This document shows positions 50,021 through 56,754 of a stretch of DNA of 59,586 bases, one piece after another (position 1 is the first letter of the stretch; the number at the start of each line of letters is the position of its first letter). The position numbers were made by a program, and so were the translations under genes. The notes under the pieces were generated by a model that was given only the letters and a program-made list of their open reading frames with translations, was not told the DNA's origin and searched no databases. The DNA is from Candidatus Chloroploca sp. Khr17 (lineage in GTDB: Bacteria; Chloroflexota; Chloroflexia; Chloroflexales; Chloroflexaceae), in NCBI RefSeq assembly GCF_004138165.1, contig NZ_RYFF01000020.1, positions 33,982-93,567 on the forward strand, given 5' to 3'.

Positions 50021-52735
50021 TTATTCCTCCAGGCTAACAGTAATTTTGTAGTATTTCGATTTCTCGAAGCTAAACTCAATTGCTGTTGATCGAATTTTTG
50101 TTTCACCACCTACTGATTCCACTGTCAGTCTATTGCGGCCATCAATATTCATAAACTTAAAGCTTACACGAATTTCAGAATCTCCTCCTCTTAAAATTGC
50201 ATCACTAGGCCCTACGAGAAGTACATTAACATTTGGAGGCGGCGTTCCACCATTGGCTTCGGTCATCTCATTCTCTGAAATTTCACTAATTGCGATTCTA
50301 TATAGGGGCCATGTAGCTTCCTCAGCCGTTTGGGTTTGGGTTTGGGCTTGCGCCAGAGCCTCCGCTTGTGCGGTAGCAGCAACAGCAGAGGCTGTGGCTT
50401 CAGCATTAGCGGTGGCACTAGCAGCAGCAGCAGCAGCAGCAGTAGCGCTGGCCTGGGCCACAGCCGTGGTCGTTTGCGCCTGTGCGGTTGCGGCGGGGTT
50501 AGGTGTGGGGCGGGGTGTAGAGACATCAGCAGCCAAGGCACGATTAGCACTTTCCTTTAGCTTGGCAACTGTCTCTGCTGTCTCTGCTGTCTCTGCTGAG
50601 CTCGGCCTGACGGCTTCACTACCAAAGTCGTCGAGTTGCTCCAGCAAGCTTAATGCGTCTAAGACCGCACGCCAATCAGTACGATTGAGCGCCTCTTCAA
50701 CTTCAGACCATAACTCATCGGCCTGCGTCTGGGTAGTATTGGCATCATCAATGGACTGATCTAATGCATCATCACCACGCTCATTCGTACGCAAAAAATC
50801 TGCATTTACCCTGGCTTCATTGATCTGAGCCTGTGCATCGTCAAGCTTCCCATCCCGCCAGAGAGCACGGGCATATTTTAGGCGGGTCTCAGACTGGATT
50901 TTAGCCACGTCTGATATGCGTGGATCACCTCCTTGAAATGCAACAGGATCCGGTAAAAGGCCAGTAGTTGCTACAATTTCGTCAAGGATCCTCACCGCCT
51001 GTTGCCAATTACCATCGTCTACTGCTTTATCGTAGCTGGCCCACTCGGCCTCTAACCGCTGCACGTCACCAAGAGCATCAACAGCTTGACGGATCTCAGT
51101 ACGTAGTGCGCTGAGTTCCTCCTGTAAGGAGCGCGAGATTTGGCTGTCATTGCCTTCCGGCCAATTAGTAGATAACAGCGTTCGTGCCTCTACCAGTTTC
51201 TGTGCTTCCACGTTTTCAGTATCAATCTTTGTACGCACCTCGGCCATGAGCACTTTCACGAACCAATCGTTAGCTCGTTGCTTCGCTTCGTCATCCATAC
51301 TCAAAGCAGCACGCTGAGCCTGCTTCGCTACCTCGCGTGCGAGGTCGAACTCAGGTGGCTCAGCAGCAAGATAATCGTTGATTAACAGTAGGCGCGCATC
51401 ATGGATCAATTGCGTGATGTCGCGTCCTCGTGGGTCCGTAGTTTCACCTTCTTTAAGTCGTTCCTGTAACTTAGCAATGCGCTCTGAAAGCGAGAGGTTA
51501 GGATTATCTATTTCGATCCACATAGCGATGGCGGTCTGGGTTTGGGTAGCCTGAAGAGCAGCAGTCGCCGTTGCGTCGCTCGCTGTCTGATCCAGAGTTA
51601 AAGTTGCGCTAGGTGTCTGTTCGATCCCAGTCAATGGTTCCTGGCCCTGTGGTTGACCAACCTGCTCACCACTGGACCAGATCTGCCAACCGACAAAGCC
51701 AAATAAACCAAGCGCTACGAGTGATAAGGCCGCAACGAGAACAACAAAGCCTCCATTCTGGCGTTTCCTTGCCGCAGTTCTCGATGGCGGCGAAACCGGG
51801 CTAGGCGTTGATGGATGCACGACAGGAGCAATGGGCAGTGCAGCGGCGACGGGCATCGCACGAAGAACGCCCTCGACTACATCAACCAAGTGTGAATTGC
51901 CGTTATGATAGGTCCACTGGTTAATCACACCATCATCGTTCTGTGGCAACGCAGTGCCAGCCCGTTCAATGGCTACCAGGGCCGGTGGTACTCGTGGGAA
52001 GTCATTCGGGGCCATCAGATAGATCGTGAGATCAGGATGCTGGTTCGTGCGGACTTCAAAGAAGAAATTCGTATCTTGGCTCTTCAGCGTCACCTGATAG
52101 CCCCGCTCACGAAGCAAACGATGCTCTTCGCCAATACGATCATTGATCGGTGGGCTGCTTGCACCATCAGCTCGCTCGCGCTGGATCAGAGGATGCTCAT
52201 CATCAATTTCATGCACACGTGAAGCCTGAATTTCTACAAAAGGCTCACGCCGTTGCGCCATTTGGCGACTCATGTAGTAGTAACGGATGGTAAACTCACC
52301 GCGATCAACCCAGACAATCGGGTTAATGATCTCATTGATTTTATAGGCCGGATCGCGAAAGACGGCATGGGCAGTGGCGACATCACCCGCACTAAATGTC
52401 TGGTAACGTGCAGGATGTTTATGCCATGTGCCGATATAATCTGTTTTCGGGTAGCGGGCGTGATATTCTTGTAACTTACCGTTAACATAGTCAATGTCGG
52501 GATTAAATTCCACCGGATGGTGATACGCATTTTCACCCGGCCCAGTGGCTGCAATGATCAATAGCTGAACGATCTCTTCCCCATCAAGACGTCGTCCAAC
52601 CAGGATGCCCCCAGTCTCATTTTCCAAACTCGTTGTACTACCTCGCCGGGCTTCCTCTTCAATCAGGCGGCGGGCTGAACGCGTGATATAAATCTTACCA
52701 GGGAGCGGTGACTTCTGGGTACTGAGCTGTGACAT
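50021..52735 (-). CDS. Island operon gene 1: JAB/MPN+ metallopeptidase, UEV/RWD-like domain, TM, ~550-aa helical-repeat region and a C-terminal beta domain.
   Basis: SD 'ggagga' lies 5 nt before ATG 52735. 'ETGGILVG'. Intact JAMM 'HKHPARYQTFSAGD' at 52382-52423. 'LTIYLMAPNDFPRVPPALVAIE' with FPRVPP at 51983-52000. TM 'GGFVVLVAALSLVALGLFGFVGW'. Helical repeats ('NWQQAVRILDEIV', 'DWRAVLDALSLLEQL'), an Ala/Thr/Gln low-complexity stretch, and a beta-rich C-terminus. Confidence 0.8.
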   Translation of the reverse strand: MSQLSTQKSPLPGKIYITRSARRLIEEEARRGSTTSLENETGGILVGRRLDGEEIVQLLIIAATGPGENAYHHPVEFNPDIDYVNGKLQEYHARYPKTDYIGTWHKHPARYQTFSAGDVATAHAVFRDPAYKINEIINPIVWVDRGEFTIRYYYMSRQMAQRREPFVEIQASRVHEIDDEHPLIQRERADGASSPPINDRIGEEHRLLRERGYQVTLKSQDTNFFFEVRTNQHPDLTIYLMAPNDFPRVPPALVAIERAGTALPQNDDGVINQWTYHNGNSHLVDVVEGVLRAMPVAAALPIAPVVHPSTPSPVSPPSRTAARKRQNGGFVVLVAALSLVALGLFGFVGWQIWSSGEQVGQPQGQEPLTGIEQTPSATLTLDQTASDATATAALQATQTQTAIAMWIEIDNPNLSLSERIAKLQERLKEGETTDPRGRDITQLIHDARLLLINDYLAAEPPEFDLAREVAKQAQRAALSMDDEAKQRANDWFVKVLMAEVRTKIDTENVEAQKLVEARTLLSTNWPEGNDSQISRSLQEELSALRTEIRQAVDALGDVQRLEAEWASYDKAVDDGNWQQAVRILDEIVATTGLLPDPVAFQGGDPRISDVAKIQSETRLKYARALWRDGKLDDAQAQINEARVNADFLRTNERGDDALDQSIDDANTTQTQADELWSEVEEALNRTDWRAVLDALSLLEQLDDFGSEAVRPSSAETAETAETVAKLKESANRALAADVSTPRPTPNPAATAQAQTTTAVAQASATAAAAAAASATANAEATASAVAATAQAEALAQAQTQTQTAEEATWPLYRIAISEISENEMTEANGGTPPPNVNVLLVGPSDAILRGGDSEIRVSFKFMNIDGRNRLTVESVGGETKIRSTAIEFSFEKSKYYKITVSLEE

Positions 52736-52900
52736 GCATCCTCCGAGACGACATGGGGTGCGAACGTTAGGACATCACTTTCTGATGAACATAATCTTGA
52801 TTCTTGAATAAGGTTCAGCGTCTTAATCTTGGTGAGCGATCTCTCTCTATAATCTTAGTAACAATCTTTGGAGGTTTGCGCTTGTGTTTTTTGCTCTGGT
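52736..52900 (-). promoter_or_regulatory. AT-rich leader/promoter zone of the island operon (exact elements not resolved).
   Basis: It lies immediately upstream of the first gene and is noticeably AT-rich ('cataatcttgattcttgaataagg', 'tctctctataatcttagtaacaatc'). No convincing -35/-10 pair at canonical spacing was found. Confidence 0.25.
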
Positions 52901-53189
52901 TGATCAAGGTGGTCAGGCTTGAACGCAGGGAAGCAGCGCACGCGGGCATGGTGACCGTGGTCGCTCGGTGAACGAACGAGATTCTTCAGTTCTTGGTTCG
53001 CATATGTACCGCAATTGCAGCTTCGGGCCGTGAACCGCGCGGCTTGTGGGCAGCGAAGGCTACCTGCGTGGCCTGATCCAGCCGACGAAGGTCGGCTTTG
53101 CCATGCGTCGCCGCCGCGTTGACGCCGACGGTCTGGGCGGATGGGTGCGTTCTGCCGGTTGGGGAATTTGCGCGCCTGGCTTTAGTGTC

Positions 53190-53201
53190 GTATCATGATA
53201 C
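53190..53201 (+). promoter_or_regulatory. 12-bp perfect palindrome abutting the hicA start codon (candidate HicB operator).
   Basis: 'gtatcatgatac' at 53190-53201, with the ATG at 53203. Confidence 0.3.
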
Positions 53202-53202
53202 T

Positions 53203-53469
53203 ATGGAGCTAAGCAGTCGCCACCGCAAGATGCTACGGGCCGTTTTTGCTGATCCCGTTCGCGCTGACGTGAAGTGGGCGGACGTTGAGACGCTGCTGCA
53301 TGCGCTTGGTGTCGACATTGGCGAAGGAAGAGGGTTACGCGTCCGGATCCAACTCAACGGTGTGCGCGCCGTCTTTCATCGACCGCATCCTATCCCGGAT
53401 ACCGACAAAGGTGCGCTTAGGTCATTACGACGGTTCCTAATAGAAGCAGGTGTGAAGCCGGAGGAATGA
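53203..53469 (+). CDS. hicA: Type II toxin-antitoxin system toxin, HicA family.
   Basis: 88 aa from ATG 53203. 'HRKMLRAVFADPVRADVKWADVETLLHALG...FHRPHP' matches the HicA-family pattern as I remember it. It lies directly upstream of the hicB-like gene. Confidence 0.75.
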   Translation: MELSSRHRKMLRAVFADPVRADVKWADVETLLHALGVDIGEGRGLRVRIQLNGVRAVFHRPHPIPDTDKGALRSLRRFLIEAGVKPEE

Positions 53470-53472
53470 GCC

Positions 53473-53793
53473 ATGCTGCAGTATAAGGGCTATACGGGTC
53501 GCGTTGAGCTTGATGATGAGGCTGGCATTTTCCATGGAGAGGTGCTCGACCTCCGTGATGTGGTCACCTTCCAGGGAAGGAGTGTGGACGAGTTAGTCCA
53601 AGCCTTTCGTGACTCGATCGATGACTATCTCGACTTCTGCAAAGAACGTGGCGAGGAACCGGATAAGCCTTTCACGGGACGGTTGATGCTTCGCCTGCCG
53701 CCTGAATTGCATCGGAAGGCCTATGTTCGGGCGCAGCGTGAGGGCAAGAGTTTGAACCAGTGGATTAGTGATAAGCTGGCGGAGGTCAGCTAA
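53473..53793 (+). CDS. hicB: Type II toxin-antitoxin system antitoxin, HicB family (with a C-terminal RHH-like DNA-binding tail).
   Basis: SD GGAGGA sits within the hicA 3' end. 'MLQYKGYTGRVELDDEAGIFHGEV...FQGRSVDELVQAFRDSIDDYLDFCKERGEEP' and 'GRLMLRLPPELHRKAYVRAQREGKSLNQWI'. Confidence 0.85.
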   Translation: MLQYKGYTGRVELDDEAGIFHGEVLDLRDVVTFQGRSVDELVQAFRDSIDDYLDFCKERGEEPDKPFTGRLMLRLPPELHRKAYVRAQREGKSLNQWISDKLAEVS

Positions 53794-53920
53794 CCCTGCT
53801 TGAAAGCTGAGTGCGAAACGGTTCTCGGCTGCGCAAACACGTATAATGCAGTGCTAGGGGACTTGTTTGGGGGCCGCGCCCAAGCGACAATCACAAATCT
53901 GCAATCTACAATCCCCCTGC

Positions 53921-53964
53921 CCCTATTCGCTTATTCGTGAGGGTTCTTCGTGGTCGGCGGTGCT
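53921..53964. repeat. Solo arm of the 'ttcgtggtcggcgg' inverted-repeat element.
   Basis: 'ccctattcgcttattcgtgagggttcttcgtggtcggcggtgct' is nearly the reverse complement of 30193-30230. Confidence 0.75.
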
Positions 53965-54152
53965 CCCAGAAAACTTTTGTTACGCACTACTACCTTGTCC
54001 CGCCTAAGCATAGTGTCTAATTCTTAACGGAATCTGCCCCTCTGCTGATGCGTTTCTGCTGTATACTTGCAGGGTAGAAAAGCACGTCTTGCCCTGCCCT
54101 TCGGCAGGGTGCTTCTCACTTCTGGCTCCGGTGTTGAGCGTCGCTTCCCAGT

Positions 54153-54956
54153 ATGAAGAGTGCACCTATGGACTATCAGCATCCCTCCGTCGATCAGATG
54201 ACGTTGCACAAGATAATTGCCCAGTGCAATGCTGAATTTGGGTGGGGGCTCAGTGCAAGTGAGCTTGAGTCTTATGCGCAGTCGCTTGTGCGCTGTCTGC
54301 CTGAGCATGTCGATCAGGTGAAGCTTACGCAGATGGTGCTGTATTATCATCAGGATCATCAGCAGGTTGCGGCGCTGCAAAATAGATCCCATCCAGACCA
54401 TGATCAGTTCTGGACGATCTGGTTGCATGACGTGGCGCAGGTGATTAACCGGGGTAAGATGGCGTCACTTGGCGATCATGCGCTTGATGCTGATGATCTT
54501 GCCCAGACGGCGCTCGATGAAATGTCACGCTCGCTCAAGAATTTCAAATACCAGAGCAGCCTGAAGACTTGGGTGTATAGATTAGTTGTGCAGACTTCCC
54601 GCCGGATGCTGCGCGATCTTCGTGCGAAGAAGCGTCCGCGTGGGGTTGCGTCGTTAGATGAGTTGCCTGAGGAGGCGTTGGCGCTCTGTGATGCTTGTGA
54701 GCCCGATGAAGAAGCATGTGGCGAGATGTTGATTGGGTTGACGTGCGCGTTGCTTGAGCGGATCAAAGATCAACGTATGGCTCAGATCTTCTATCTTGCC
54801 GCCGTTGATGACCTCTCGACTGCGCAGATCGGCAACATCGTGCATCTCCATCCGTCACGGGTGCGGGCGTTGTTGCAGCAGGCTCGCACGTTGTTGCAAG
54901 AACGCCCGGAAATTCAGGCGTGGCTCGCGGATCACGAAGCTTCCCCGTTCGTCTAA
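54153..54956 (+). CDS. ECF-type RNA polymerase sigma-70 family factor with a ~100-aa N-terminal extension.
   Basis: Region 2-like 'LAQTALDEMSRSLKNFKYQSSLKTWVYRLVVQTSRRMLRD'. Region 4 HTH 'LSTAQIGNIVHLHPSRVRALLQQARTLLQ'. The start is uncertain (ATG 54153 or 54168, no clear SD). Confidence 0.75.
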   Translation: MKSAPMDYQHPSVDQMTLHKIIAQCNAEFGWGLSASELESYAQSLVRCLPEHVDQVKLTQMVLYYHQDHQQVAALQNRSHPDHDQFWTIWLHDVAQVINRGKMASLGDHALDADDLAQTALDEMSRSLKNFKYQSSLKTWVYRLVVQTSRRMLRDLRAKKRPRGVASLDELPEEALALCDACEPDEEACGEMLIGLTCALLERIKDQRMAQIFYLAAVDDLSTAQIGNIVHLHPSRVRALLQQARTLLQERPEIQAWLADHEASPFV

Positions 54957-54984
54957 GCCCAATGCGCTGTAACAAAGATGTTTT

Positions 54985-55061
54985 TTTGACGCAAAGGCGC
55001 GAAGGCTTGATGTATCTCCAGTTAAGAGCTCACAGGTCTGCCAGACCTGTGAGCTCTTAAC
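54985..55061. repeat. 'tttgacgcaaaggcgcgaagg' module followed by a 20-bp perfect palindrome. Both are related to modules of the 30092-30319 composite repeat.
   Basis: 'gttaagagctcacaggtctg c cagacctgtgagctcttaac' (55021-55061) shares its core 'cacaggtct...agacctgtg' with 30092-30124. 54985-55005 is the reverse complement of the 'ccttcgcgcctttgcgtcaaa' module. Confidence 0.8.
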
Positions 55062-55280
55062 GCTATGCCTTGCAAACCCGTCTTCGGATCTGTTTTTCTG
55101 TGCTGATTGATTCATATTACTTTGTGACCCTGAATTTCTCATGTTACTCTACGTTCAGGTTTGCAAGCGCTTTTCTGAATAAATTGTTACAAAGAAGGTA
55201 GCGAAGTAGGGTTAGTTGATGCAGCGCATGACATGTGCTATGCTACTCTACCGTTTGAGAAATGAAGATAGAGTGATCCT

Positions 55281-56084
55281 ATGAGTCTTGTAAACGATAT
55301 ATGTACGGACATTCTTGAGTGGCTCGCTGGGCGTCAAGATCCGTCTTCACTGGAATTACCCTCACAAGCGTGGTGTGACCACGTTGCTGTCTGCCCTCGC
55401 TGCCGTGCCGCGTTGCTGTTGCTGATGACGGATCTGCTTGAGGTGCCTCGCGATATAGCCGCGACGTCGTGTGATCAGTGTCAGGATGATCTGGCGGCGT
55501 ATATTGATCTGGAGCGCTACAAAGGGACGCAACAGGCCATCCGTTCCTATCCCCATGTCTGGTGGCATCTCTGGGTTTGCCGTGATTGTTCTGAAACCTA
55601 TCGGATGGTGCTCGCCCTGCAAGAGGCAGAGGCTTCGGGTTTGTTGCCACCGATGCCGCTGGATAAGATGGTTCAACCCGTGACGCCGCAGCCGACGACG
55701 CCCGTGCCTCCACCGGCGACCCAGTTACAACCAACGCTCCGCCATATTACACTGCCCCGCATCTGGTTTGCCCGCATGTTGGCGCCGCAGCTTGGGGTTG
55801 CCTGGGGAAGCGATGATGCTGAGGACGAGACGATTCTGCACGAGGCTGAAGATGCGGGGTACCAGTTCTATGTGGGTATTCACCGTACTGATGACCATTG
55901 GTTCATCGCGGTGACGATTCAACCGCCGCTTAGTGGTGATGCGCTGGTGACGTTTGGTTCAGAGCGTTTTCGTGCGCCGTTTGATCTGCGAGGTGTGGCC
56001 AAGGTTGGGCCGATTCCTCCCGCCTTGCTGACGAGCCCAATTGGCCCGGATATGGCGATTGCACTGGAGGTGGGTGGGGTCTGA
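55281..56084 (+). CDS. Putative soluble zinc-binding anti-sigma factor with two H-x3-C-x2-C (ZAS) motifs.
   Basis: 'CDHVAVCPRC' and 'WWHLWVCRDC' both fit HxxxCxxC. No TM segment is seen. It lies 325 nt downstream of the ECF sigma gene. Confidence 0.6.
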   Translation: MSLVNDICTDILEWLAGRQDPSSLELPSQAWCDHVAVCPRCRAALLLLMTDLLEVPRDIAATSCDQCQDDLAAYIDLERYKGTQQAIRSYPHVWWHLWVCRDCSETYRMVLALQEAEASGLLPPMPLDKMVQPVTPQPTTPVPPPATQLQPTLRHITLPRIWFARMLAPQLGVAWGSDDAEDETILHEAEDAGYQFYVGIHRTDDHWFIAVTIQPPLSGDALVTFGSERFRAPFDLRGVAKVGPIPPALLTSPIGPDMAIALEVGGV

Positions 56085-56217
56085 GGGGGTTTTTAACGCA
56101 GAGGCGGTGAGGTGGGGAGGCGCAGGGATGGGGCGCTTTTTTGAACGCAGAGGCGCATCTGCCGGCGGTGACGGTTGACTCGTGTTGGCGCGAAGTTGCG
56201 CATACAGCTCCATCAAA

Positions 56218-56247
56218 CCTTCGCGCCCTTGCGCCTTTGCGTCAAAT
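56218..56247. repeat. Third copy of the 'ccttcgcgcc(c)ttgcgcctttgcgtcaaat' module, directly upstream of the acetyltransferase gene.
   Basis: Read directly. Degenerate relatives occur at ~56095-56155 ('ttaacgcagaggcgg', 'ttgaacgcagaggcgc'). Confidence 0.75.
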
Positions 56248-56261
56248 AAGGATAAGATGCG

Positions 56262-56726
56262 ATGAATATTCACTACCTCACGGCGGAGGATCTCCCGCTG
56301 ATGGATGGTCTGCTCACCATGTTTGGTGAGGCGTTCGATGATCTGGCAACCTACACCGCGCACTGTCCCGATGCAGCCTATCTGCAACGGTTGCTGAGCG
56401 ACGACACGTTTATCGCCCTGGCTGCGGTGAAGAACGGCACGGTGATCGGCGGGCTTGTCGCGTACGAATTGCGCAAATTCGAGCAAGCGCGGAGCGAACT
56501 CTATATCTATGATCTCGCGGTTGCCGCTGCACATCGCCGCGCCGGCGTTGCGACCGCCTTGATTCGGGCCTTGCAAGCGATCGCGGCCGCACGCGGCATC
56601 ACCGTCATCTTCGTGCAGGCTGACACTACCCCCGACGACGAAGCGGCGCTGGCACTCTATAGCAAGCTCGGCACGCGGGAGGATGTCGTGCATTTTGATC
56701 TGGGGGTTGAAGCAGAGGCCCAGTGA
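56262..56726 (+). CDS. aac(3): GNAT-family aminoglycoside 3-N-acetyltransferase, AAC(3)-I-like.
   Basis: 154 aa. 'FGEAFDDLATYTAHCPDAAYLQRLLSDDTFIALAA', 'KFEQARSELYIYDLAVAAAHRRAGVATALI', and 'VIFVQADTTPDDEAALALYSKLGTREDVVHFD' run parallel to the AacC1/AAC(3)-Ia sequence as I recall it ('[30 protein letters not shown]', '[28 protein letters not shown]'). Confidence 0.85.
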   Translation: MNIHYLTAEDLPLMDGLLTMFGEAFDDLATYTAHCPDAAYLQRLLSDDTFIALAAVKNGTVIGGLVAYELRKFEQARSELYIYDLAVAAAHRRAGVATALIRALQAIAAARGITVIFVQADTTPDDEAALALYSKLGTREDVVHFDLGVEAEAQ

Positions 56727-56754
56727 GATAACCCCCTACAACTGTAGTATTAGG

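Noticed and set aside
34749-53100. Integrase, transposase, tRNA or att-type direct repeats marking the island as a classical genomic island or prophage.
   Set aside because: None could be recognised in any frame at either boundary. Only the short interspersed repeats and hicAB are nearby, so no mobile_element feature was called.
53098-53202. A 35-codon N-terminal extension of hicA (ORF from 53098).
   Set aside because: The extension reads as nonsense and overlaps the palindromic operator. HicA-family length fits the ATG at 53203.
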